A model generated the notes under the pieces. That model did no database searches, was not told the origin of the DNA, and saw nothing but the letters and a program-made list of their open reading frames with translations. A program made the translations under genes and the position numbers. From Candidatus Latescibacterota bacterium (lineage in GTDB: Bacteria; Latescibacterota; UBA2968; UBA8231), in contig OZ242318.1 in NCBI GenBank assembly GCA_965208105.1, forward strand, positions 2,112,001-2,176,000: a stretch of 64,000 bases of DNA, given 5' to 3'. Shown here in pieces: positions 38,439 through 48,772 of the stretch (position 1 is its first letter; each line of letters starts with the position of its first letter).

Positions 38439-39296
38439 GTGGCTGTCCAGGGCGAGATGGGCTCGTACAGCGAGCTTGCCGCCTACGAGTTCTTCTCCCC
38501 CAAGGTCTCCATCCTGCCCTGCGAAACCTTCGAAACGCTGTTCGACGCCGTCCAGTCGGGCAAGGCAGACTTCGGCATGGCACCGGTCGAGAACTCCCTG
38601 GCCGGCAGCATTCATCCGGTCTGGAATCTCCTGGGCAGTAGAGGACTGCCCATCGCCGGCGAGATCAGCATGCGCATCGTACACTGTCTCCTGGGGCATC
38701 CGGGCGCCCGCATGCGGGATATCCGCCGAGTCTTCTCCCATCCACAAGCCCTGGCCCAGTGCCGGGAATACCTCTCGGGCCTTGCGGGTGTAAAGCAGGA
38801 AGAGGTCTACGATACGGCCGGTGCGGTCAAGATCATCCGTAAAAGAGGGAGAAAAGCAGAAGCGGCCATCGCCTCGGCTCAGGCCGCCGTGGATTACGAC
38901 ATGGAGGTCCTGGCTGAAAGCATCCAGACCCACAACGAGAATTTCACCCGCTTTCTGGTCCTCAGCCATCAGCCCCGCCACTTCGAAGAAGAACCCCTGA
39001 AGACCACCCTGGTCCTCACCCTGGAGGATGGAGCCCGGAACCTGCCCGCGGTCCTCGGCAGCCTCGCCCGGCGCAACGTCGACATTCTCAGGATCGACTC
39101 GCACAAGCGCGTCGGCTACCCCTATGAATACCTGTACTATCTGGAGTTCAGGGGGAGCCCTGCCGATCCGGAACAGGAAGCCGCCCTGCAGGAAATCGCC
39201 CGACAGGTTGCCACTCTGAATCTCATCGGTTCATTTCCTCCCGGCCGCAGCTGCGAAGCCCGCCCGCATCAGCGCCGGCAGGATTCCGCCTCCTAA
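38439..39296 (+). CDS. pheA: Prephenate dehydratase (PDT plus ACT)
   Basis: QGEMGSYSE, PVENSLAGSI, SHPQALAQC, NFTRF. Confidence 0.92.
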   Translation: MAVQGEMGSYSELAAYEFFSPKVSILPCETFETLFDAVQSGKADFGMAPVENSLAGSIHPVWNLLGSRGLPIAGEISMRIVHCLLGHPGARMRDIRRVFSHPQALAQCREYLSGLAGVKQEEVYDTAGAVKIIRKRGRKAEAAIASAQAAVDYDMEVLAESIQTHNENFTRFLVLSHQPRHFEEEPLKTTLVLTLEDGARNLPAVLGSLARRNVDILRIDSHKRVGYPYEYLYYLEFRGSPADPEQEAALQEIARQVATLNLIGSFPPGRSCEARPHQRRQDSAS

Positions 39297-39658
39297 TCCT
39301 CCACCAGCGTCCGCACCCCGGGTTCTTCATGGTCAATGCGCCAGATACCCACCTTGCCGTCCCCGTCCAGGTCCGCCCTCACGTCGATCCTGTAGGCCGC
39401 ATCCCGAACCTCCACATCCCAATGGTATACGTCAATCCAATTCCATTCCAACCCGAAGGATGCATCCGTTGGGTCGAAGTAGCGGTTATGCTCCCTGAAA
39501 TACGCTGCCTCCAGCTGGCTGAGCTGTTCCAGGCCCGTTACCAGTTCGATCTCGCGCTGCTGCTCCAGTGTGATGCGGGAAAACTCTGCAATCCCAAGAC
39601 CGATTAGAACCAGCAGGAGGACCAGAATCTCCAGTCGCAGGTACCAGTTTGAAGACAT
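39293..39658 (-). CDS. Pilin-like membrane-anchored hypothetical protein
   Basis: N-terminal hydrophobic helix; E.AYF.EHNRY; ADLDGDG..WRID. Confidence 0.6.
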   Translation of the reverse strand: MSSNWYLRLEILVLLLVLIGLGIAEFSRITLEQQREIELVTGLEQLSQLEAAYFREHNRYFDPTDASFGLEWNWIDVYHWDVEVRDAAYRIDVRADLDGDGKVGIWRIDHEEPGVRTLVED

Positions 39659-39673
39659 TGAGTCGGCCGCCTT

Positions 39674-41260
39674 CTACCTGAATTGCAGATCGATTTCGGT
39701 AGCACTTTCACCCTCGGCCAGGTTGACCGTCTGGGGGAAGAGAGAGTAGGGCTCGGACGCTCTCGGGGGATCGAGGCGTCCCGGGTCCAGAACCTCGTTC
39801 CCGTTCCGGTCGACGAAGGCATGAACCGTGTAGGATCCGGGAAGCAACCCCTCCATCAGGAAATTTCCGGCCCCGTCGGCGCGGGCGCGGTATGACCTGT
39901 CGTGCCCCCGGTGCCGCGCTACCACCCATGCATCTCCTTCCTGGGCGCTCCCCGCCAGAGACCCCATCTCCTGTTCTCCCATCACCTCGAACTCGAATAC
40001 CACCAGGCTGTCACCCGGGCTCAATCCACTCAGGTCCTCAAACCTCTCGCCGCGGCCCCTCAGGCTGTAGACTCCCGGCTGCAGGGGAGATGTGGGCACG
40101 AAGGCCGCCACGGTTCCATCCTCCCAGTACCAGCTTCCCTCCAGAAACCGGGTCGAGTCGCTCTCTATCCAGAAGTCCTCGGGCGCCACCTGCCGCATGG
40201 CCTCGCTGTAGACCAGCCTGAGGGTATCGCCGGCGGCGATTTTTCCACCCCGGGGAAACTGATCGTACAACTCCGGTGGGACTCGATCGGGCCGGCCGCT
40301 GCCGCGAACCGGCTCTTCCCAGTCCAGGGGCTGCCCTCCCACCCTGAGCTCGGCGAAGGAATAGGCCTTGCCCGCCTCCTGCGGCGCGGTGAGGATATAG
40401 ATCTTGCGGCCGTCGGCGGGTCCTCCGTACAACCCCTGGACGTCCAGCCCGTCGAACTCTACCTCCACCTCTTTCGCCTCCACCTCCGCACTGAAGTAAA
40501 GGAGTACCCTTTCCCGGTTCAGGGCCTGGACCCGTTGCAGACGCGGCGCCGTTCCCGGAATCCTGAAGAGCGCCAGATCCCCGCATCGCACCCCGCCGCC
40601 CTCCTCCAGCAGCAAATCCCCGGAGGCCAGCGCCAACCATTCGCCTTCTCCGTAGCGTTTGTTCCTGTTCTCGTCCACGAAGGCCATAATCCGGTAGCGG
40701 CCAGGGGAGAGCCATGAGAACTCGTAGGCACCATCCCCCCCGGTCTGAGTGCGGTATTGCGGAGCATCCTCGCCCACCAATCCGGTGAAGCCCTCCAGAT
40801 CGTAGGCCCACACGTGCACCCCGCCGAGGGGTTGGTGGTCCTTGAACACGTGACCGTATATGCGCCCCTGGTTGAGCCGGTCCCCGGTGGCAAAGGCGAA
40901 GGTGAAGGACTGCTCCAGGGGATTGCCCCGCAAATCGCGCGCCCCTGTCCCCACCGTGACCACATAGGTGCGGTTGGCGCTCAGGCCTTCTCCCGCCTCC
41001 AGCACCAGCCGCCGCCCCCTCCATCGAAACCTGGCATCGAGCTCGGGCGCAAGGAAGATCGCCTCCTGGGTCAGCGTCCTCTCCATGCCCTCGCTGAAGA
41101 CGATCTCCACCCGCGCATCGAGCTTCACCCCGATGGCGTCAGCCGCCGGAAGGTGCTCGATAATCCGCGGCGGCAGTCGATCCGCCTCTCCTCCCTGGGG
41201 GGGGCCGACCTTGGCACACCCAATCAGGAGCCCCAAGAAAATGTGGATCAAATAGATCAC
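39674..41260 (-). CDS. Ig-like (Big_5/SbsA) domain lipoprotein
   Basis: LIGCAKVGPPQGG..D..PP lipobox; FSE; DLRGN; AFVDENRN. Confidence 0.85.
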   Translation of the reverse strand: MIYLIHIFLGLLIGCAKVGPPQGGEADRLPPRIIEHLPAADAIGVKLDARVEIVFSEGMERTLTQEAIFLAPELDARFRWRGRRLVLEAGEGLSANRTYVVTVGTGARDLRGNPLEQSFTFAFATGDRLNQGRIYGHVFKDHQPLGGVHVWAYDLEGFTGLVGEDAPQYRTQTGGDGAYEFSWLSPGRYRIMAFVDENRNKRYGEGEWLALASGDLLLEEGGGVRCGDLALFRIPGTAPRLQRVQALNRERVLLYFSAEVEAKEVEVEFDGLDVQGLYGGPADGRKIYILTAPQEAGKAYSFAELRVGGQPLDWEEPVRGSGRPDRVPPELYDQFPRGGKIAAGDTLRLVYSEAMRQVAPEDFWIESDSTRFLEGSWYWEDGTVAAFVPTSPLQPGVYSLRGRGERFEDLSGLSPGDSLVVFEFEVMGEQEMGSLAGSAQEGDAWVVARHRGHDRSYRARADGAGNFLMEGLLPGSYTVHAFVDRNGNEVLDPGRLDPPRASEPYSLFPQTVNLAEGESATEIDLQFR

Positions 41261-41279
41261 CGGCGCAGGCTTTTGCGGT

Positions 41280-42608
41280 TCAGAGGATATAGCGGCTCAT
41301 GTCTTCGTCCTCGAGAATCTTCTCCAGCTTCCTGGACACGTACTTCCTGGTAATGCGCATGGTCTTCTGTTTGAGGGCCGGCGCATCGAAGAGGACCTGG
41401 TCGAGCAGTGCGGACATGACCGTATGCAGCCGCCGGGCGCCGATGTTTTCCATGCGCATATTGATTACGTAGGCGATGCGGGCGATCTCGTCGATTGCCT
41501 CCGGTAGGAAGGAAAGCTTCAGGCCTTCGGTGGACAGCAGGGCCACGTATTGCTTGATGAGAGCATTCCGGGGGGCCGTCAGGATCTGCACGAAATCCTC
41601 CTGCCCCAGGCTGTCCAGCTCGACCCGTATCGGAAAGCGGCCCTGGAGTTCGGGAATCATATCCGCGGGCTTGGAAATGTGAAATGCACCGGCGGCGATG
41701 AACAGAACGTGGTCGGTGCGCACCATGCCGTAGCGCGTGGCCACGGTGCACCCTTCGATGATCGGCAGAAGATCGCGCTGCACCCCCTCACGCGATATGT
41801 CCGGACCGCTCTTGGCGTGCTCTCCGGCGATCTTGTCGATCTCGTCGAGAAAGACGATCCCCGAATTCTCTACGCGGTCAATGGCCTCGGCCACCACGCG
41901 GTCCTTGTCGATGAGTTTCTGGGTCTCCTCCTGCAGTAAAAACCGGTGGGCTTCCACCAGGGTAAGCTGGCGCTCCTTGTTCACCGCCGGCACCATATCG
42001 GTAAGAACCTCCTGAATATTGATGCTCATTTCCTCAAGGCTCCCCACCGGAGAAAGCACCTCGATCATTGGAAGACGCTCGCGCGGAACCTCCAGCTCAA
42101 CCAGGCGTCCGTCCAGCTTTCCGGAGCGCAACTGCCTCCGCAGTCTCTCTCTCCGCTGCTTCACCTCCTTGGAAGGAGGGCCGTCCTGGGGCAGGGAACC
42201 GCCCAGCAGATCCAGCAATCTTTCCTCCACCCTCTCCTCGGCCTGTCCCGCCACCGCGGCCCCATACTCCTCCTTGACCATGTTGAAGCTCAGGTCCACC
42301 AAGTCGCGGATGATGGATTCCACGTCGCGTCCCACGTAGCCAACCTCGGTGAACTTGGAGGCTTCAACCTTGATGAAGGGGGCATGAGTCAGGGCGGCCA
42401 GCCGGCGGGCGATCTCTGTCTTTCCCACCCCGGTGGGACCGATCATCACGATATTGTTGGGCGCAATCTCGCCGCGGAGGTGCCTGGCCACTTGCTGCCG
42501 CCGCCAGCGGTTGCGCAGTGCGATGGCGACCGAACGCTTGGCGCTCTCCTGGCCGACTATGTAGCGGTCGAGCGCGGAGACGATTTCCTTAGGAGTCAGT
42601 TCCTTCAC
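41280..42608 (-). CDS. hslU: ATP-dependent protease ATPase subunit HslU
   Basis: GPTGVGKTEIARRLA, GYVGRDVES, FLDEIDK, ENIGARRL. Confidence 0.98.
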   Translation of the reverse strand: MKELTPKEIVSALDRYIVGQESAKRSVAIALRNRWRRQQVARHLRGEIAPNNIVMIGPTGVGKTEIARRLAALTHAPFIKVEASKFTEVGYVGRDVESIIRDLVDLSFNMVKEEYGAAVAGQAEERVEERLLDLLGGSLPQDGPPSKEVKQRRERLRRQLRSGKLDGRLVELEVPRERLPMIEVLSPVGSLEEMSINIQEVLTDMVPAVNKERQLTLVEAHRFLLQEETQKLIDKDRVVAEAIDRVENSGIVFLDEIDKIAGEHAKSGPDISREGVQRDLLPIIEGCTVATRYGMVRTDHVLFIAAGAFHISKPADMIPELQGRFPIRVELDSLGQEDFVQILTAPRNALIKQYVALLSTEGLKLSFLPEAIDEIARIAYVINMRMENIGARRLHTVMSALLDQVLFDAPALKQKTMRITRKYVSRKLEKILEDEDMSRYIL

Positions 42609-42620
42609 GCATCACCTTTC

Positions 42621-43157
42621 TCAAATTTCCACAACCTCGATTTCGTCATTGGTGTAGACGCACAACTCGGCTGCAATCTTCATGGACCGGCGCGCTATCT
42701 GCGCCGCGCTCAGCTTTGAAGCATCCAGGTATGCCCGCGCCGCAGCCAGTGCAAAAGACGCGCCCGAGCCGATACTTATCACCTGATCGTCCGGAGACAA
42801 CAGGTCCCCTTCTCCCGAGATTATCAGCGAGCGCTGAGCATCCATGGTGGCAATCATGGCCTCCAGGCGGCGCAAATAGCGGTCCGCGCGCCAGTCCTTT
42901 GCCAGTTCGTGGGCAGCGCGCTCGAGGTTGCCGCTGAATTCCTCCAAACGCATCTCCAGGCGGTCGAGCAGGGTCAGGGCATCGGCCGTACCTCCGGCAA
43001 ATCCAGCCAGGACGGAGTCGTCATAGAGTTTGTGAACCTTCGTGGTCCTGTGCTTGAGCACCACATCCCCCCAGGTCACCTGGCCGTCCCCGGCCATGAC
43101 CACCTTGTTCTTGTGGCGAATGCCCAGAATGGTGGTGCCGTGGAACTTTGGGCTCAT
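42621..43157 (-). CDS. hslV: ATP-dependent protease peptidase subunit HslV
   Basis: HGTTIL, GDGQVT, GFAG.TADA, LAKDWR.DRYLRRLEA. Confidence 0.97.
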   Translation of the reverse strand: MSPKFHGTTILGIRHKNKVVMAGDGQVTWGDVVLKHRTTKVHKLYDDSVLAGFAGGTADALTLLDRLEMRLEEFSGNLERAAHELAKDWRADRYLRRLEAMIATMDAQRSLIISGEGDLLSPDDQVISIGSGASFALAAARAYLDASKLSAAQIARRSMKIAAELCVYTNDEIEVVEI

Positions 43158-43322
43158 AGTGGAATCCTCTTGAAAGCGGTTGAATATTTCTACCAATCCA
43201 TTTGCTTACTTCGATGGCCGCGGCCCTTCCTGCGGGACCGGCCCAGACGGTTGAACCTTGCACAAACCCCTTCGACTCCCACCCAGGCGCAACAGCCTCC
43301 AGGGACACTGCGGTATGGACGC

Positions 43323-44285
43323 TCAGGACCTGGGATGCGAGCGCTCGTAGACCTGGCGCAGGTGCTCCAGGCTGGCCTGACTGTGTGCCGGTGCCGCGGC
43401 AATGGCCACCTGTCCCAGCATTTCCTGTACCGCCCCCAAATCGGCGCCGGCCTCGAGCAGGTGGGCGGCATAGGAATGGCGCAATAGATTCGGACTCAGG
43501 TTATCGCCTTCGCCCACCCTGCTGAGGTATCGCTTGACGATGCGCTGCACCGCGCGCTTGCCCAGGCGGTGGCCCCTCCGGTTGAGGAAGAGCGCACCGG
43601 CGTCCACCTGGGAAATATCCAGGTCAACCAAAAAATCTGTCCGCTTCCCCAGATAGCTCTCCAGGGCTTCGAGCGCCTGACTGCCCAGTGGCACAACCCG
43701 CTCGCGCCCGCCGGAACCGGCGACCCGCACGCTGCCTGCGCCGAGGTCGAAGGCGGACAGGTTCAGCTCCACCAGCTCGCCCAGGCGGATCCCACCGCCG
43801 TAGATGACCTCGAGGATGGCGCGATTGCGGGCTCCCTCGAATTTTTCCACTGGCGGCAGGCCGATTGCCTTTTCGACCTCTTCCAGGGGCATGCTGCGCG
43901 GTGGGCTGCGGACGACCTTCGGCAGGCTGATGGAGCTCGAAGGATTGACCGCGAGCACTCCCTCCCGGCATAGATACCGGAAGAAGGAGCGGATGGCGGC
44001 CAATTTCCTTGCCTTGCTGCTCTGTTTCAGTCCCCGGGAGCCCAGCTCGTTCAGAAATTCGGAGATCGAGGCGGGCTTCACCGTATTCAAAGACAACCGT
44101 CCGGCTTCGATCCTGAGATACAGGTAGCGCACGAACTGGCGCAGGTCCCGCCCATAGGAATCCAGGGTGTGCCGGGTATAATTTCGATCCTCGTTCAAGT
44201 GCTGCAAAAATCGATCGATACCCTCCTCCAGGCTGGAGGAGGAGCTGAAATTCCGGGCAGAAACCGCCCGCCGTGAAGGAAGCAT
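43323..44285 (-). CDS. xerC: XerC-like tyrosine recombinase with a degenerate active site
   Basis: topA-xerC-hslVU synteny; SAM-like N-domain, GIRLGEL, LRHSYA.HLL..GADL, HPRS. The catalytic Tyr position is His. Confidence 0.85.
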   Translation of the reverse strand: MLPSRRAVSARNFSSSSSLEEGIDRFLQHLNEDRNYTRHTLDSYGRDLRQFVRYLYLRIEAGRLSLNTVKPASISEFLNELGSRGLKQSSKARKLAAIRSFFRYLCREGVLAVNPSSSISLPKVVRSPPRSMPLEEVEKAIGLPPVEKFEGARNRAILEVIYGGGIRLGELVELNLSAFDLGAGSVRVAGSGGRERVVPLGSQALEALESYLGKRTDFLVDLDISQVDAGALFLNRRGHRLGKRAVQRIVKRYLSRVGEGDNLSPNLLRHSYAAHLLEAGADLGAVQEMLGQVAIAAAPAHSQASLEHLRQVYERSHPRS

Positions 44286-44423
44286 GCTTCTCCCTGGCTA
44301 TGGTCCGTTCGGTGATGAGGGGGGAGGAAGAAGGGGACTCCCTGGTGAGGATCCCAGCCCGGCGTAAAGCCGGTTGCGGGCTTCCAGGCGGGAAGCCGGA
44401 GACTTGCCTGGGGGGAGGCCCGC

Positions 44424-46643
44424 TCAGGCCACCTGTTTTGCCGGAGGCGAGTACCCGCACTTGCGGCAATAAATCGACCCCTGCTCACTGCGGCCGGCCT
44501 TCTCGTACAGAAGGGACTCCTTGCATTGAGGGCAGGATTGGTTCACCGGTTTTTCCCAGGTGGCGAACTTGCAGTCGGGATAGCGGTTACACCCGTAAAA
44601 AACCTTGCCTTTGCGAGTCTGCTTCTCCACCAACTGGCCATCGCAGGTGTCGCCGGGACAGGGAATCCCCAGGGAAAGCGGTTTCACGCCTTTGCATTTG
44701 GGGTAGCTGCTGCACGCCAGAAAACGGCCGTATCGTCCGGTCTTCACCACCATCGGGGAGCTGCACAAATCGCAATTCTCTCCAACGGGAGGCTGCTCCT
44801 GCTCACCCTCCAGAGGCATGGTATTTCTGCACTGCGGATATCCCGGACAGGCCAGGAAGCGTCCGTTGTAACCCCATTTGATCACCATGTTGCGGCCACA
44901 TTCCCCGCAGACAATGGTCGACTCCTCCTGCAGAGCCCGCTTCAATTCGCCGCGGCGATTGTTGGCATCGCGCAGGACATCGCGCCAGGAAGCGTAAAAT
45001 TCCCTGACCGTATCGACCCAGTTTTCCGAGCTCTCCTCGATGAGATCGAGTTTGTTTTCCATTTGTGCGGTGAATTCCACGTTGAATATGTGGGGAAAGG
45101 TATCTACCAGGAGCTTGTTGACCGTGTGCCCGCGCTCGGTTGCGGTGAAGGACCTCCGGTCGATCTTCTCCACGTACTCGCGGTCCTGAATTGTGGTGAT
45201 AATCTGCGCATAGGTGCTGGGCCGGCCAATGCCCTGGGCTTCCAGTTCCTTTACAAGGGTCGCCTCGGTGTAGCGCGCAGGAGGTTTGGTGAAATGCTGC
45301 TCGGGCAGCAATTCCTGCAACTTGAGCTGATCGCCCCGGGCGATATCCGTAGGGATCTTGGCCGAATTTTCCTCCTCCTTGCTCTCGCTGTAGAGAAGTG
45401 AAAATCCGGCGAACTTGGTCGTACTGCCGGAGGCCCGGAAAAGGTAGTCCCCGGCCTGGATATCCACCCCAATCAGGTCGAGGATCTGGGGTTTCATCTG
45501 CGAAGCTACGAATCGCTTCCATATCAGCTCGTAGACACGCGCTTGATCCGGATTGAGCAAATTTTTTGCCTGGTCCGGCCCCAGGCTGGAATCGGTGGGC
45601 CGAATAGCCTCGTGCGCGTCCTGCGCTCCGCGCCTGGTCTTGTAGCGGTTCGGGCTTTGGGGCACGTACTCGGCTCCGTAGCGTTCGCCGATCTGGGTTC
45701 GCACTTCGCTTATGGCTTCGCCGGAGACTCGCACCGAATCGGTGCGCATGTAGGTAATCAGGCCGCGGGTTTCCCCTTCTACTTCCACTCCTTCGTAGAG
45801 TTGTTGGGCTACCGAATCCGTTCGTCTGACCGAGAAGCGCAGCCGCCTGGCACACTCCTGCTGCAGGGTGCTGGTGGTAAAGGGCGGAGCAGGCCGGCGC
45901 TTCTGTTCCCGCCTTTTTACCTCCTTGACCTCGTACCCCTCCCGCCGCAATGACGCCAGGATTTTCTCAGTCTCCTCCTCCGTGCCGATTTCGATTTTCT
46001 CGCCGTTGCACTTGAAAAGACGGGCGGTCAAGGACCCGCCTTCCCCTCTCTCGAGCCGGGCGTCAATGGTCCAGTACTCGACCGGCTCGAAGGCCTCGAT
46101 TTCCTTGTCCCGTTCGCAGATAATCCGCAAGGCAACGGACTGCACCCGGCCGGCAGACAGGCCCGAGTGGATGACTTTCCACAGCAGCGGGCTGATTTCA
46201 TATCCCACCAGGCGATCCAGGACCCGCCGTGCCTGCTGCGCGTTGACTTTCTCCATGTTAAGATCGGCGGATTTCTGGATCGAGTCGCGCACCGCCCTCG
46301 GGGTTATCTCGTTGAAGAGGATGCGCCTGACAACGGCGTCCTTGCGGGCTATGGCATGGGCTACGTGCCAGGCGATGGCTTCTCCTTCACGATCGGGATC
46401 GGTAGCCAGATAGACCACCTCCGCGCGCTTGGCAACCCTGCGCAGTTCGGCGAGAATCTTGCCCTTGCCGCGAATGGTCACGTATCTCGGTTTGAAACCG
46501 TTGTCAATATCGACCCCCAACTCCTTGGGAGGCAGATCGCGCACGTGCCCCATGCACGACTTTACCACGAAATCCGCTCCCAGGATTTTGTTGATCGTCT
46601 TTGCCTTTGCGGGTGACTCGACCACTACCAGCGATTTTCCCAT
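44424..46643 (-). CDS. topA: DNA topoisomerase I
   Basis: VVESPAKAKTI, ATDPDREGE, SAGRVQS, ITYMRTDS, C-terminal Zn ribbons. Confidence 0.98.
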   Translation of the reverse strand: MGKSLVVVESPAKAKTINKILGADFVVKSCMGHVRDLPPKELGVDIDNGFKPRYVTIRGKGKILAELRRVAKRAEVVYLATDPDREGEAIAWHVAHAIARKDAVVRRILFNEITPRAVRDSIQKSADLNMEKVNAQQARRVLDRLVGYEISPLLWKVIHSGLSAGRVQSVALRIICERDKEIEAFEPVEYWTIDARLERGEGGSLTARLFKCNGEKIEIGTEEETEKILASLRREGYEVKEVKRREQKRRPAPPFTTSTLQQECARRLRFSVRRTDSVAQQLYEGVEVEGETRGLITYMRTDSVRVSGEAISEVRTQIGERYGAEYVPQSPNRYKTRRGAQDAHEAIRPTDSSLGPDQAKNLLNPDQARVYELIWKRFVASQMKPQILDLIGVDIQAGDYLFRASGSTTKFAGFSLLYSESKEEENSAKIPTDIARGDQLKLQELLPEQHFTKPPARYTEATLVKELEAQGIGRPSTYAQIITTIQDREYVEKIDRRSFTATERGHTVNKLLVDTFPHIFNVEFTAQMENKLDLIEESSENWVDTVREFYASWRDVLRDANNRRGELKRALQEESTIVCGECGRNMVIKWGYNGRFLACPGYPQCRNTMPLEGEQEQPPVGENCDLCSSPMVVKTGRYGRFLACSSYPKCKGVKPLSLGIPCPGDTCDGQLVEKQTRKGKVFYGCNRYPDCKFATWEKPVNQSCPQCKESLLYEKAGRSEQGSIYCRKCGYSPPAKQVA

Positions 46644-46809
46644 GTCGGAACTCTCTGTCTGAGTTTGTGCGATCCCGGATCTCCACTGTTTCCGGGTTGA
46701 CCATAGATAATTAAATCATGGCTTCATCAATTGCAACTGCATCTGCCTTGACAAACCATTCCATCGACCTTTTCGTAGGCAACCAATCCGATCGGAGAAC
46801 GGGTATTTC

Positions 46810-47601
46810 ATGGCCATTGAAATAAAAGGTCCTGCAGAAATCGAGCGCATTCGCGCCAGTTGTCAGATCGTCTATCAGGTCCAGAGGGCCATCGAATCAG
46901 CTCTCGAGCCGGGAATTACGACTCTCGAGCTGGATGCTATCGCCGCACGCACCATACGGGACCACGGGGCCGTGGCAGCCTTCAAGGGATACCGCGGCTT
47001 CCCCTCATCCATCTGTACTTCGATCAATGCGGAGGCAGTCCATGGACTTCCCGGCGAAACCCGCCTGCGCCAGGGCGATATTATCAGCGTCGACGTTGGC
47101 GTCCTGCTCGAAGGCTACTACGGCGATGGCGCCTTCACACTGGGGATCGAGCCGATCGACTCCCCCGTCCAGAGTTTGATTTCAACGACCCGGACCTGCC
47201 TCCACATCGGCATCGAGCAGGCGCGGACCGGCCACAGGGTATCGGACATCTCACATGCCATTCAAGAACACGCCGAAGGGAACGGATTCAGCGTGATCCG
47301 CGAATTCGGCGGGCATGGCATTGGTCTCTCCCTGCACGAGGACCCCAGCATCCTCAACCACGGGCCTCCCGGAAAGGGTCCCCGTCTGCGCGCTGGATTC
47401 GTGCTGGCCATCGAGCCCATTCTCACCTGGGGCAGTCCCCAACTGGTCACGGCCTCCGACGGGTGGACTGCCGCCACTCGTTCCGGAACTCCGGCGGCAC
47501 ATTTCGAACACACCATCGCCGTGACGGGCACTGCGCCTGACATCCTGACCCTCCCTCCGGACCACCCGGTGTCCCCTGCCTTGTTCACCCTCCAGCCTTG
47601 A
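46810..47601 (+). CDS. map: Methionine aminopeptidase type I
   Basis: GFPSSICTSIN, DVG...YGD, GHGIG..LHEDP, AIEP, HFEHT. Confidence 0.96.
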   Translation: MAIEIKGPAEIERIRASCQIVYQVQRAIESALEPGITTLELDAIAARTIRDHGAVAAFKGYRGFPSSICTSINAEAVHGLPGETRLRQGDIISVDVGVLLEGYYGDGAFTLGIEPIDSPVQSLISTTRTCLHIGIEQARTGHRVSDISHAIQEHAEGNGFSVIREFGGHGIGLSLHEDPSILNHGPPGKGPRLRAGFVLAIEPILTWGSPQLVTASDGWTAATRSGTPAAHFEHTIAVTGTAPDILTLPPDHPVSPALFTLQP

Positions 47602-47611
47602 GGCCTGCGGA

Positions 47612-48370
47612 ATGAAGATAACCTTTCTGGGCACAGGGACTTCCGTAGGCGTTCCACGCATAGGCTGCTCATGCCCCGTTTGCCTGTCCGACGATCCCAG
47701 GAACAACCGCTTGCGCTCTTCCATTCTCATTGAATACAGGGGGCGCAACGTTCTCGTGGACACAGGTCCCGACCTGAGGACGCAGGCCCTGCGCTACCGC
47801 ATAGACAAACTCGATGCCGTACTCTTTACCCACGGCCATGCCGACCATCTGCATGGGCTGGACGATGTCCGCGCATTCTGCTTTGACATGGAGAATCCGC
47901 TTCCCTGTTACGGAGACTCCTTCACTGTAGAACGGATTGGCCGCGTCTTCGACTATGCCTTCAACTCACCTTACAGGTACGCCCTGCCCCAGCTCAGCCT
48001 GCACCTGATCGAAGGACCTTTCAATCTCTTCGGCGAATGGGTCGAACCGATATCCGTCTACCACGGGAAGCTCCCGGTGTTTGGATTCCGCCTTGGCAGA
48101 TTTGCCTACCTGACCGATTGCAACTCCATACCGGATGCTTCCATGGACAAGCTCCGGGACCTCGACGTCCTCGTCCTCGATGCCCTGCGCTACAAAGAAC
48201 ATCCTACCCATTTCAACGTGGAGCAGGCCCTGGTCGTCATTGAAGCCCTGCGACCCGGAAAGACCTTTCTGACTCACATCGCTCACGAATTGGACCACCG
48301 GGGCACCAACAGAAGACTGCCCCCGCAGGTGGAACTGGCCTATGACGGCCTCGTGCTTGAAGTCAATTGA
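47612..48370 (+). CDS. MBL-fold metallo-hydrolase (PhnP-like)
   Basis: LGTGTSVGVP.IGC.C..C, THGHADHLHG, AYDG. Confidence 0.92.
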   Translation: MKITFLGTGTSVGVPRIGCSCPVCLSDDPRNNRLRSSILIEYRGRNVLVDTGPDLRTQALRYRIDKLDAVLFTHGHADHLHGLDDVRAFCFDMENPLPCYGDSFTVERIGRVFDYAFNSPYRYALPQLSLHLIEGPFNLFGEWVEPISVYHGKLPVFGFRLGRFAYLTDCNSIPDASMDKLRDLDVLVLDALRYKEHPTHFNVEQALVVIEALRPGKTFLTHIAHELDHRGTNRRLPPQVELAYDGLVLEVN

Positions 48371-48605
48371 GGGATTCACAGGAAGGTTCACCGGCTCGTT
48401 GCAAACCCAGGGGCGCCGAATGGGACTGCGCGGGCCTCCGGCGGGCAAGCCGGCCTCAGGGACCGCCGGTTTCGTTAGCCTGCCCGCAACTCCAGAGCAA
48501 ATGGAGCGAGTCTCTCCCATGCACATCCCCAAAGAGCCAGGAAAAGAGGGACGCGGCAACTGCCAGCCACGTCCCTCTCACTTTCCGTAGAAACCCGGTC
48601 TCAGC

Positions 48606-48772
48606 CTAGGGTCCCGCCGCGGAGACAGGTTGGCAAAATCGGGCCGAGGAGGCGCCCGGCTCACCAGGCGCCTGAGCGAGTCGTACCTGTGGCCTACGGC
48701 GAGTGAAGGCAACGCCGTGGGCCGGGATGGATCGGCGGATCAATGGCGGCATATCTCCGCGACGGGATCCTA
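48606..48772. mobile_element. MITE-like palindromic element
   Basis: 20-bp inverted ends CTAGGGTCCCGCCGCGGAGA / TCTCCGCGACGGGATCCTAG (18/20). Overlaps the nrdJ stop. Confidence 0.55.
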
